Shown here: positions 28,551 through 41,395 of the stretch, piece by piece
Numbering within the stretch: position 1 is the first letter of the stretch
Layout: the number at the start of each line of letters is the position of its first letter
Program-made: the position numbers and the translations under genes
Notes under the pieces: generated by a model
Database searches by the model: none
Told to the model about the DNA's origin: nothing
What the model saw: only the letters and a program-made list of their open reading frames with translations
From: Chrysomallon squamiferum
Lineage: Eukaryota; Animalia; Mollusca
Direction: 5' to 3'
NCBI GenBank assembly: GCA_012295275.1
Contig: CM022672.1
Location: forward strand, 10,540,001-10,604,000
DNA: 64,000 nucleotides

Positions 28551-30509
28551 GAATGGAACAAAAATTCTAGTTACTTAAGTATATGACATATATTCATATT
28601 CTGGATCATAAACAAAATAACATTCATTTGGTTGAATAAATCTATATACAAATACCTAAATATTATCTTGAATTTCACTTAAAAATGGTATGAACTTTTG
28701 TCCAAGTCACAGATAGATAGATAGATAGATAGATTTACATAAATACATATACAGGCACATACAAATACATATGTAGATATACACACAAATATACATAAAC
28801 ACACACACACACACACACACACATACATACACTCATGTATACAGTGAAACAGCTATTTGTTTACAAATTAAGGAAGACAGCTTTTAACAAAATTTCTATT
28901 TAACTTACACACCTGTCATATTAGATTTATACAACACTTGTATACCCCATGAAGTATGATAATTACATACATTGCACCTGTGCAAATTGACTTAGATAGA
29001 CAGGTGTTTTTAAACAGGTAATTATATTTGTGATCAAAAGGTAATTACTACATGTAAAATAGCTGAGAGGAAAAAATAAATATTATTATTATTATTATTA
29101 TTATTAAATAAAACAAAATAAAATATAAATAAGTAAGTAAATTATATAAAACAAAACAATGCAATGTATATATACACATACATAATATATATATATATAT
29201 ATACAAAGATAAAAGAGGAAAAATACATTTTGAGCTCAGTCTAGAATGGGAAATCATTCATTTTTACTGTCATGTAAAATTGATATGATATGAAATTTAT
29301 GAATATAACTCTCCCACACACAAAACAAATCTGTTACTGTTATGAAAGCTAACCTATCTGTTACCTTAAAGTCACACATGTTTATATTGGTTAATATGAA
29401 CAGGTGTTAAGTAAGATAAACATTACACGTGTGTCTATATCATACATCTCCACTGATAGTTTTTAATATATACACAGAATGGACTGCTATTGTAGATCAC
29501 TGTTAATATTTATACAAGAAAACAAAAACGTTTAAATAAAAAATTGTTCAAGATTGATATTACTTAATAGTTAATATAAAAAGTTTAAAAAAAAAAAATG
29601 TTCAAGATTTATATCACTAATTGGATAATATACTTAAAATATGATTGTTGTTGTAGTTGTTGTTGTTGTTGCTGTTGATGCCTTTTCATCTTTTATATTT
29701 ATTTATTAATTTTTCAGAATAACTCTGTTATGATAAATATTTAAAAATTAATATTATTTTTAAAATACCATATAAATTTCACAGCTAATGTTGTAAAATG
29801 CAAAGATATTCAATTAATGCATGCTATAAAATGCAAAAAAAAAAAAAATAAAAACATTATAAACATAAAAAAAAAATTTAATTAAAACCCATGGAAAATT
29901 AAAATAAATATTTTGACAAATTTAACAACTGAATGGATAGATATTTCTTTAAATGTCTGCTTTAAAGAAGAAGAAGCATAAATATTAATTTAACATTTAC
30001 ATTTGTGAACTAGTAATGCTTATTAAAAAAGATCTAAAAACTGGATAAATAAACACTTACATATGAAATAAAAATATTACAGTGAATGTAGTAAACTTTA
30101 TAAATATTTCAGTGAATGTCTGCTTAAACGAAACTGATAAACAACAGATTAAAAGTTAACTTATATAAATAACTATTGTGATAAATACAAATGTGAGTTT
30201 TATTTGCTTAAAACTAAATTTATACTCACATCACTACTTGTTGAAACTTAGATAAATTAAAAGCATATTTACATATGCAAAAATAATAATTATTATTAAT
30301 GCAGATATACTGTTTTTGTGATTATTCATTCACAGTTAATAAATAAAATGAAAGAAAAATATAAATATTTATCTATGAAATGCTAATCATTGTAAATTTT
30401 AATTTTGATGATTAAAACATTTTTATATTTATACAAATGTTACTAAAATTTAGATAAATAAATAGTTACTGTATGAAGATTTGCTTTAACAATAATGAAA
30501 AGATTAAAA

Positions 30510-30556
<47 letters not shown>

Positions 30557-30714
30557 CTTCTAAATCTTGCATTGTAAATATATTAATATAAAATAACAGC
30601 TGAATATGGATAAATGTTTACTCACAAATGAAAGAGAAAAAGATAGAAATACTGAAGAAAGTTTTAAATCTTACACTTGCACATACATTCATAAATAAAT
30701 TCTCTCATGTCAGA

Positions 30715-30804
30715 TAACAAAATAATAATAATAATAACAATAACAACAATAATAATAATAATAATAACAATAATAATAATAATAACAATAACAATAATAA
30801 TAAC

Positions 30805-30845
<41 letters not shown>

Positions 30846-30895
30846 TAATAAATAATAATAATAATAATAATAATAACAATAATAATAATAATAAC

Positions 30896-30935
<40 letters not shown>
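30715..30935. repeat. (AAT/AAC)n microsatellite, ~130 bp into intron 1
   Basis: Direct reading. Confidence 0.95.
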
Positions 30936-30936
<1 letters not shown>

Positions 30937-31063
30937 AAATACAGTTCTATATCTTATCCCACACTATACCTACTGCTTCGACACTGAAAAATGAACTCCA
31001 TTCATGCATGCTATAAACAAAAACAAACAAAAAAATGTTTAGATTTTTTTTTTTCACACTTAC

Positions 31064-31215
31064 GGAGGAGGAGGAGGGAGAGTATCAAAACTGTCGGACA
31101 ACCCGACAACTCCACTCTTTCGATGGCGATGTAACCGAGGGTGGGATTTATTCCTCATGGATTGGAGTTCATCGGAAAACCGTCCACTGTGCCGGTAGAA
31201 CCAAACATAGGACAT
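31064..31215 (-). CDS. KCNT: Slo2/KCNT-family K+ channel, putative first coding exon (MSYVWFYRHSGRFSDELQSMRNKSHPRLHRHRKSGVVGLSDSFDTLPPPP + CC)
   Basis: ATG at 31215 with an in-frame TAG upstream at 31248-31246. 152 nt ending in phase 2 at a consensus donor CC|GTAAGT. Joins in frame (CC|A GTT = P-V) to the exon at 24078. Locally CpG-rich. Family similarity is weak (SDSFDTLPPPP vs vertebrate SDLDSEVLPLPP, from memory). Confidence 0.75.
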
Positions 31216-31745
31216 ACTAAGTATCCTAGCACAAAGCACCACCTCCTACCACTGTCACCACCGCATAGCGCCTGCGACAGATGTGTGAACCCTGCCTCCG
31301 ATTCACTCTCTCTGTCTGTCTGTCTCTGTGTGTAGTAGTAGCAGTAGTAGTAGTTGTAGCAGCAGTATTCTGCAAAGCCACACCAGCACAGACAAACAAA
31401 ACAGCCTGTTGTTACTCAGGGGACTGTATCTGCTCTGTGGACGTTTCTGATTTGTTCAGCAGTCACCGATTACAGCCCACCCTATTAGAGAGGCTTGCGT
31501 TCATCCTTTGTCCATGCACAGAGCATTGGTCGAACGAGGATGTGTGTTTTATAATGGCAGAGAGAGAGAGAGAGAGACAATGGGGGGGAAAGGGCTCTTA
31601 GAGTTTAAAAAGGCAAGATGTGATAGGCTGCCAGTGTGTGAAGGTTTTAGTGTAATTACTGTTAATAAAAGTTTTGTGGAGAAAAAGATTCTGTGTGGTT
31701 GTAGTTGAATAATAATAATAACTTGTTCATCACTGACGTAATGCA
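31216..31745 (-). promoter_or_regulatory. Candidate promoter and 5'UTR of the Slo2 gene
   Basis: CpG-enriched relative to the window. TATAAAA on the minus strand at 31553-31547, with a (GA)n tract at ~31559-31577 just upstream. CRE-like TGACGTAA at 31734-31741. Confidence 0.45.
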
Positions 31746-32991
31746 TGTGATGATGTAATTTATGTGGTTTGTTGTGTCTTTCTTATCTTTGGGTTTTAAT
31801 TCTTGTTACTCCTGGGGTGGGGATTATTTATTTGTTGAATGATTTTTTAATTGATGTGCATGTGTGTTTATTTGTTATTTGTTGATTTATTTATTTGCTT
31901 ATTTATTTATTCAGTTTACTTATTTATTTATTTAATTTTTTAAAATTTATTTTAGTTATTCATTTTTATATTATTTATTCATTCACTTATTTATTCATTT
32001 AATTTTTTTTATTTGTATACTTATTTATTATTTTTAATTTATTTATATATTATTCATTCGTTTATTCATTCATTTTTCTATTTCTCTATTTCTTTTTTCT
32101 TTCTTTCTTGTTTGTTTGTTTGTTTCTTTCTTTCTTGTTTGTTTGTTTGTTTCTTTATTTGTTTGTTTTCTTTCTTTATTCCTTTATTAAGATACCTTTT
32201 TTGTAATAAAATGAAAATTAAATGAAAATAGAAAGACTATTGCTCACACTGTTGTTAATAATAAAATCTACTGATCTCATTATTATTATTATTATTATTA
32301 CTATTACTATTATTATTATTATTATAACAGTCAAAAAGCAAGATTTTGGAGTAAGAAATTTGGTGAAGAGATCCAGTTCAAATGTTCAGTTAGTCTGATG
32401 TGTCTATAATCATCTTACAGGACTTTTCAGATTTGTAGTTTTGTTCCCTTTATTATATCATTTTCAGTTAATTCATCATCAAGCCACTTTTGTTTCTGAA
32501 TCATCTGGACTGGTTTATGAAGCAACCATGAACATGAATAATTCAAATTCTTCTTGACATTTTGTAATTTGTCAACAACTGTTTTTATATGCAGAGTACC
32601 GCAGAAACTTCTGACAAATGTCCCTGGCTGATAATAAATGGTAAAACAAAAGTTGCTCTTAGACACAAAATAAACAGTTTTCAGTTCTGCAAATGTGCTC
32701 AGTGTATTCAGAAGCTATTACTGTTATTATATAACCAAATAGATCATTATTTATTCATGTCTCAGTTGGTTTTATGTATGAACATTCAGAGAAATCCAGA
32801 GATTCTTGATTGACCTGTGTGTAATAGCAACAGTTTACAAAGAAAATAATTTATTTACCTGTTATGAGTAACATGTACAAAGATCAGTGTATCATTAATG
32901 TAATGAAAGTTAATTTATTTTAACCTTTGTTATGTTGTGTTGCATACACAGCAAGTGAGCCATTTCAGTGTTCTGTCTTATGGGATAAACA

Positions 32992-33105
32992 CCAACAGCA
33001 GCAACAGCAACAGCAACAACAACAACAGCAACAACAACAGCAACAATTACAATAACAATAACAACAACAAAAATAATAATAACAATAATAATATTAATAA
33101 CAATA

Positions 33106-33184
<79 letters not shown>

Positions 33185-33195
33185 TAAAATAACAA
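32992..33195. repeat. (CAG/CAA/AAT)n microsatellite
   Basis: Direct reading. Confidence 0.9.
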
Positions 33196-33715
33196 TAAAA
33201 AAAAAAAAGATTAAAACAAAGAAAAAGAAAAAAAACTGCCTCAAACAACAAAAGAAAAGAAAAGAATTGACATTATTTAATGTACACATTTTATATTCAT
33301 TTTACAAATAAATCCATGGACAAAAGCCAACTCTCTTGTTGTTTTTTTTGTTCCTTCATTCACAAAAGAATCAATGTAAATTTATCCAAATAACAAGTTT
33401 TGTTGATTAATTTACCAAGAAAAGACATTCAGAACTACACGAGATTAACATGCATGAACAGGGGAAAAAAAAAAAGCTAAAGGGGAAAAAAAAAAAAAAA
33501 TAAAAAAAGAAAAAAAAGAACAAAACATCATTTGTATATACGAGAACAATTAAATGGCATTCTAAGAATGGAGTCTTAGTTTGGTCGATACCAGCATTAT
33601 AAAAAAAATAAGAAGAGAAAATTATTAATAACATTTCACACAACAATTATTGCTATAAATAAACATAGATATCCATTGTGCGTCTTTCTTAGAGGCAAAG
33701 TAAGTTTTGGATTGT

Positions 33716-33747
<32 letters not shown>

Positions 33748-33990
33748 CAGAAATAATATGTCAATAGACAGACTTAGTAGCTAAATATGAAGTGACAACT
33801 GTGCCATAGTTTGTGATATGTTTTTTTAATTATTCTTTTCATACATAATGATTAATGGTAGGGATTACTTGCTAAAGAAAGATTAACAGCTATAATTCAT
33901 GACCTCCAAGTCAGCTTGAAGTGGACTGCATGTTTTAAAAGATTTCACAGAGTCTGTATCTGGTGTTTCTCTACTAATATGTATTCAGAC

Positions 33991-34096
33991 TTTAGTAATA
34001 AATATGTAACACTGGTATTCATGCTTTAGTAACAAATATGTAACAGTGGTATTCATGCTCTAGTAACAAATATGTAACAGTGGTATTCATGCTTTA
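33991..34096. repeat. 34-bp tandem repeat, 3 copies (TTTAGTAACAAATATGTAACAGTGGTATTCATGC)
   Basis: Units at 33991, 34025 and 34059. Confidence 0.9.
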
Positions 34097-35577
34097 TTAC
34101 TATGCTACAGTGAAGTAAAATAATAAAGTCAGTGCATTAGTTTTAAAATGACAAAGTAACCAAAAAGATCCTCATGTGGTCAAATGCACAATCCAGCTTA
34201 AGTTTAGGATCTTACTTAAACTTACAATCCTTCATAAATCTATGATCCTGTTTGAAGTTTAAGCTGCTGTATAAACGTATGATCTAACATAACCATACGA
34301 TAATATTAAAGGTAAGGATACTATAAAACATATGATCTTATGTAAATTTTGTATCCTACTTTTGCTCTGGATCCTTCCAAAGCTTAGAATCCTGCCTGAG
34401 CTTAGACTTCTAAATAAATGTGTGGTATTTCAGAGGCTGGTATTAACATGCCACTGGTGAGTCAAAAAACAGTTTGTCAGATTCCTGGTCAGTACTTTTG
34501 TAGTGGCTGATAAATCATTTCTGAGTTCCCATCACTCATCCAATAATCTGTTTCAGAGGAATTTCAGAGATGGAATTGATAGCTCAATTATCAGAGGCTG
34601 TGAAAGTGATTGTCAACGTCCTCATTATCAGAACATAACAGTCAATAAGTCTTTTTCAATCTCTTCTCTGTTAATTTTTCATGGAGGAAAAGTCACTGGA
34701 GTCTTGTTTAAGTCAGGAGACATTTTGTACTAGAGTTGGAGACATTTGCTCAGTTTATTGTGGATGTCATAAGTGTTTTTGTAAAACAAAACGTGATGGT
34801 GCAGAAGTTGTTTTACAGTTTAAGTTAAGTCCCTTTCCAAAGATGGGAAAATCCATACCACAGTTTTTGATAACCCAGTTTGGAGACCATGGCAGGACTG
34901 GGATAAAAGCCAATAAACATGGTGAGAAGGCTGAATCCATTATGTCTGCACTTTCTATTCAGTGGAAACAATTTATGAGGATATAATTAAAATTTGTAAT
35001 TGAAAAAAGAAAATTAAAAAAAATCTCATAAGACCCTGAACTGAGTATGAACTTATTTAGATTATTTTCTAATTAAAAAAAAAAAAAATTCAGAATTAGA
35101 AAAATAGAAATAAGCGTATCAAATAACTAATTGTCTACAGGATACTGTTAAGTGAGTCTTCAGAAGAGTAATTAAAAATAATAACAACAACAAAACTCAA
35201 TACTCAGCTATAATCAAATGAAAACCAGAAAGTGTAATTATAATTTAAACTGCTACCAGTTCTTGTTACCTGACTTCAACTTGTTGTTTTGCACTTTTTT
35301 TTTTTTTTTTTTATTTCTTTTTTTTTTTTTTTTTTTTGAGGACAATGACAGCCTGGTATTGAAACCTCTGATATGAATTTTTCTCAAATACATTAGAGTT
35401 TAGACACAAAATACCAACATGAAGAGAAGCCAAGAACTCTGAATTTCAAACGAACCCTGAATAGCAAAATATGAAATCACATAACATTTTAATATTAGTC
35501 ATTTTATCAAACAAAGGGTGTTTCCTAGCAGTTACTCTTTGTTAAAGATACTCTTTTTTTTTTTTTTAGTGATGATA

Positions 35578-35790
35578 TCAGAGAAGAAACCCACCTACTC
35601 AACATGAACAACTCTTATTCATTAGCAGCAAGACATCTTTTTGTAGGCATGGCAATGCATTACTGAAATTATCAAAAGTAAAGCAAAATCACTGGTTTCC
35701 TGGTTGAAGTAGGAAATAATCATATTGGAAGTATAACGTAGGTTGATCCTGTGTCCATTCACTTCTCATGCAAGTATTTTAATACAGAAG
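35578..35790 (-). mobile_element. Decayed SINE remnant (same family)
   Basis: GAGAAGAAACCCAC...CATGAACAACTCTTATTCATTAGCAGCAAGACATCTTTT...GGTTGATCCT. Confidence 0.55.
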
Positions 35791-36117
35791 AATGGGAGAT
35801 GGATTGTTTGTAGAAAAAAAAAATTAAAATTTTGTTTTAGTAACATGACCAGAAAATTGTGTTTAACTTTCTGACATCAGGTATTGAATGTCTTATAGTT
35901 TTCAGATTGAGAAATAGTTTACATTAATCTTCTTAATGATATGTATGTATGTGTTTATATATACACACACTCAAACAAACAAACACACACACACATACAC
36001 ACACAATCACACACACACACATTCTTTTTTCAGTAGTAATTATGAGAAACATTGGAATATTTTCTTTTATGTGTTTCTTTTTATAAACATTATTGTTTTT
36101 GTTGTTTTACTTTTTAA

Positions 36118-36158
<41 letters not shown>

Positions 36159-36234
36159 GAATTTTTAAAAAGATTATTTGGAAATATTATATAAAATATT
36201 ATCATGAAAAAAAAAAAAAGTAATAATAATTTCG

Positions 36235-36320
36235 GCTAGCCTCTTGTGGGATTTGAACCCACTTAGGTCAATTTAAAAGTTATCGAGCAAGCCACCCTGT
36301 GTAATGCACAACTGACTCAG
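36235..36320 (-). pseudogene. tRNA-derived fragment (intact T-arm/B-box only)
   Basis: Minus strand GTGGG-TTCAAAT-CCCAC is a 5-bp stem with a 7-nt loop and a B-box GGTTCAAATCC (36259-36249). No acceptor stem or D-arm could be folded. Confidence 0.4.
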
Positions 36321-36582
36321 TGATCACTATCTGTGTTCTCTGAGGAGGTCTCACTGCCAGGGTCAGTTTAATAATGCCAATTATAGTTATTAACATTTGT
36401 TTCCTCGTGTATCTGATGTTATCAGCATTCTGCATCAGTGCCAGGGTTAACTTAAATACTGTCGTCAGCTTATCTGACATGGACTAGATGTTTTCAGCTT
36501 CAGAATCGTTGTTGCATAATTAACAGAGATGAAACAGAATAACGTGGGTTACCAGTGAGGGTGAGGGCATCATCAGCGATTC

Positions 36583-36860
36583 GAGGAGGAAGGAATGTTT
36601 TATTTAATGACGAACTCAATATTTGTTGTTGTTTTTGTTTGTTTTTGATGAAGGCTTACAGAAATATAGCTTAGTACATAAAGTTAAAATATACATAAAG
36701 TTTTGTGGATTATGAATATAATGAAAAAGAAACACCATTGCTTCTATGTGACTGTTCATTTTTGTACCAGCAGCATGTGATCTTTTAAATTTTCCTTCCC
36801 ATAAACAGGAAAGAACATACCATGGGAAATAGAACAAAGATGACCCTTAGAAAGTTATAT
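36583..36860 (-). mobile_element. Interrupted SINE remnant (same family)
   Basis: Tail GGAAGGAATGTTTTATTTAATGACGAACTCAA at ~36587. Core CAGCAGCATGTGATCTTTTAAATTTTCCTTCCCATAAACAGGAAAGAACATACCATGG at ~36768. Confidence 0.6.
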
Positions 36861-36969
36861 CTAGTGATCCAAACCTGAGCTATAATAAGTCTGGTGTGCC
36901 AGTTACTAAGCAAAATATATTACTGTAAAATTATATATATAAATTTAGCATTTCCTTCTGTACTTTTTA

Positions 36970-37002
<33 letters not shown>

Positions 37003-39385
37003 CTTAAATGTTATAATGAATATTTAAATTATATTATCTGTCTGAAAAATAGGCAGAAAAAAGATTTAGACACTCATATATCTCAGTGATAAAATAAACA
37101 AACAGAAGAATGCATTAGAATATTTTGTTTCTGCTTTGACAATTAATTCCTGTTACAAATTTGCACGGAAGATTCCTATTTCAAGATCAATATTAGCAAG
37201 TGCTGGGGAGTAGACATGTAAAATAAAATCATGTCAATTTTGTAATAATTTTAGAGATATTCTTACATTACATGACAAAAAAAAAAAAAAAAAAAAAAAA
37301 AATAGCAATCTTATTCTCTAAAATAGAATTATATTTTTACCTGCTTATTTCTGGCAGTAACAAGTTCCAAAAATAGACTGCATGATGGTCAAGGTATAAT
37401 CTTAGAACTGATCAGGTAATAACTTTGATAAAAATTCATGTCTTTGTGTTCATAACTTTGGTTATTACATTTTTTTTTCTTTTTTTTTTTTTTTTGTAAT
37501 TTTGATGAAAATTTTAATTTTAAAAATTTTATTTTTTTTAAGAAAGCATACAACAAAATTTCATTTTGAGTGTAATTTTCATGGAAATTTTAATTTTAAT
37601 TTTTTTTTTTTTTTTTTTAGTGAAAGCATACCAAATTGAAACATCTTCCTGGTTTGAGAATATGTGACAAAAGCAAATATATTCATTTTAATTTATCATA
37701 TATAATAATGTTTTTGAAAATTCAAATTGAATCTTTTAGATTTTTGATTAATGCATGATAATATTTTTAGTGAATAGTATTCATTACATAGAAACATAAT
37801 ACATGTTGGTGAGATGTATTGTGACATAAAGTAAAATTGTAATGAAATAGTTCATTGTATGAAATATTTTATTAAAATAAAATAAATAAATAAATAAAAC
37901 AATTTAAATAAATAATTTAATTAAACAAAATAATAATAATAATAAAACAATAAATAAAAATTTAATTAAAAAAATTAAAATAAATAAAAATCAAAAATAA
38001 ATTAATAAATAAATAAATAATCATTCAGGAAATATATTTGGTCAACAACACACAAAAAGCCAATGTGTTTTGTCTACAATACAAATAACACTGTGAACAT
38101 CTGAGAATCCGACAACCTCTCTCTTGCTATAATCTAGAAATCATTACAGAAACAAGTTCATGGCTAACATCTGAGAAAACCACAATCACAGACATTCACA
38201 GTGTACACCTGGACTTGTTAAAACCTCGCAACTAACAGAAACCTCACAAAATATGAATCACTGTCATTACACAGGTTTTCATTTACTGCCAAATCCCTGA
38301 TGAAGCAAGAATCTTTTAGGTTATTAATGCATGATAATACTTTTAGTGAACAGTATTCTTTAAATAGAAATGTCATACTTGCTGATGCTGACAATCCTGT
38401 ATGATTGTAATGAAAATCATTTGTCTGAAGTTATCCATTGTAGTTTATAATTATTTCTGAAAATTCAGATTGTCATAATGTTTGTTTTGTAAATTCTAAT
38501 TTTCGTTACATTTTAATAATTATTTTAAAATGAACATTGTTGTAATGGTTTTATAATGTTTTTTGAAATTAAAACTGTTATTATATTTAATAATTTTTGT
38601 TCTTTCTAGCTGTTGTTGTATTTAATAATTATTTTAAAATTTTAATTTCAAAGTGCCATTATATTTGATAATTATTTAAAAATCCAAACGGAATTTATAT
38701 TTAATAATGATTTAAATTTAAAATTACCATTACATTTAATAATAATTAGTTTTTTTGATTATGACATTATGTTTAATAATAATAACAACAAGAACAACAA
38801 TACTATTACTACTAATAACAATAATAATAGTAATAATAATAATAATAATAACAACAACAAACAATAAAAAAATATTTTTCTGCTAGCAAAATGCACAGTA
38901 AGAAATCACTTAATTGAAGCGAGAGAAGAGAATTTAAAAATCAGCACTGTGATTTGACACAAAATTGACACAGAAAATCTGCAAAATGTTAATAAATGAC
39001 TGATGTTTGTTGTCAGTAAATAACTTGATCCAGGCACTAAATCCAGTGCTAAGACTGGATATTACAGCTGATCCACGGAGACTGATATTATCAGAACACA
39101 TTCAGAATGACGTAAAGTAATCAAGGCTCGACCAATCAGAATCGAGAAAGGAAGGAAGGAATATCTCAATTAATGATGCATTTTTTACTGTGGTTAAATT
39201 GCATCATACAGGGTTGATCCTTCGACCTACAAAATGTTACAACACAGAAAAACCTTTACACAACAAATTAAAATAAAAACTTTTGTAGAAATTAGGTTAT
39301 TTTTCTCCATATCTTTCTAGATGTTTTTAAACCATGAAGACTAACTTCATATGAATTTTTTTAGATTTAAGACAAAAGTGTAAAA

Positions 39386-39424
<39 letters not shown>

Positions 39425-40438
39425 AAATATAAATAAACAAATATATAAATAAAGGGATAAATATATAAAGGGAAAAATACAAAAAGACACAAATAAGAAA
39501 CAAATAAATAATAAATAAATGAGCAGATAAATATATTTAAAAAAACGTATATGTAGCTTTGTGTGTATGTATGTATATATATGTGTGTGTGTGTCTGTTT
39601 ACACTGAGTTTTGTTTATTTGTATGGATATTTAATACATATATACATATATTCATAACTTTTTCTTTTATTTACATACACAAGTCAGTCATTTTAAAACT
39701 GAAAAACAACAACAACAAAAAAAACCATACATCTCATCTTTCGTAATGTTTTTAAAATTATTACATTCTGTGCTAATTTAATCACAATGGAATTGCAAAA
39801 TGTCAGAAAAACATTTTTTTTTTCTTCAAAAAAAAACAACTTTACAGAAGATGACAGTAATGGATATTTTCTCAACTTCTCTGTAAACAATTATGTTCTC
39901 AGTCCCTTTGTTTACAAGTGCCTAAGAAATAAATCGAAATCAATAAATGAAACAATCTCGACAGGAAAGAAAGCATGTTTAATAATGTATAAATACGTCA
40001 CATGTAAGCTGCATATTTTATGTTCCAATTTTCTTTCTAGCACATGGGAGGCCACAACATCGCCTTGCACGACAATGGCTTTGCTAACAACTGCATCGTT
40101 CTAACTCTGCACTCATTAGTACAGCCAGTGTGCAGGCAGATGCATACCATTGTTTTCTTTTCCAGTACGAGCAGGAAATCAGTTGTTAAATGTTTTCACA
40201 TTGATTTTTTGCGTAAAGCTTTTATTCATCATAGTTAACAATACAAAATAGTTGTATGTAACATATTAAAAAAAAAATTGTGTTATTGTTATAACAGGTT
40301 AAAAAGCAAATTTGCATTATTAAAGTTCTATGAGATTAAAAAGATCCTGTATAATTATGATTATGTATTGTTATTCAGTGTATTTTATAATAATATAATT
40401 GATTATATGATTATATTATTTTTTCTTAATCATTAAAA

Positions 40439-40505
<67 letters not shown>

Positions 40506-41199
40506 ATTAGTATCAGTATTAGTATTATTTGGTTTATTTATTTGTTTGTTTATCCTCAACATCATTATCATTTTAAATACACATATATGTATGTGTGTAT
40601 GTATGTATGTATGTATGTATGTGTGTGTGTGTGCATGTGTCTTTATGTATGTGTATACAACTATCTACCTACCTATCTATCTCCCTATATGTATGTATAT
40701 ATATATATATATATATGTTACCTGACCATAACATACTGTACATAATATACTATATACCATGTATGTAACATAGTGACTTCTTTAATGATGGCCAAATTGT
40801 TAACCGTTATCAGTTATAACAACAGAAAGCTCAGTGGGGAATAACAATGTTTTAGCTGATTGGATTTTAATTATTCAAAGGCCAGAGTTATGTGGTAAAA
40901 TCTACCTCAGAAGTAACTTTTGTTTATATTATTTTATTATTTTATCATGTGACAATGTGGTGTAGAGTATGTGACTTACGTAATGATCTGTGAAAAGTTT
41001 TAGTCAATATCTCATTTGCACTGATAAAATCTATTTTTGCTCATTTTTGAAAGAGTGTGTACATTTATTTATTTATTTATTTATGTGTGTGCATGCTTGC
41101 ATGTGTCAGTGTGGGTATGTTTGTGTGCATAAACAACTATATTATTGATATTGTTATTATTAAATGCACATAATTATGTTAACATATTACTACACTAGA

Positions 41200-41201
41200 T
41201 A

Positions 41202-41234
<33 letters not shown>

Positions 41235-41252
41235 CATACATACATACATACA

Positions 41253-41286
<34 letters not shown>

Positions 41287-41395
41287 CATACATACAAACA
41301 TACATACATACATACATACATATACACACACTAACATGCACACATATACATACACACATACATATACATATATGTACATACACATATAACTGACA
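41200..41395. repeat. (CATA)n microsatellite
   Basis: Direct reading. Confidence 0.9.

Noticed and set aside
34503-34986. Two overlapping plus-strand ORFs in more GC-rich sequence
   Set aside because: No recognisable protein or transposase/reverse transcriptase motif.
40974-40997. 8-nt micro-exon-like pattern ttttcacag|ATCATTAC|gtaagt on the minus strand
   Set aside because: No supporting context or frame, and such patterns are expected by chance.
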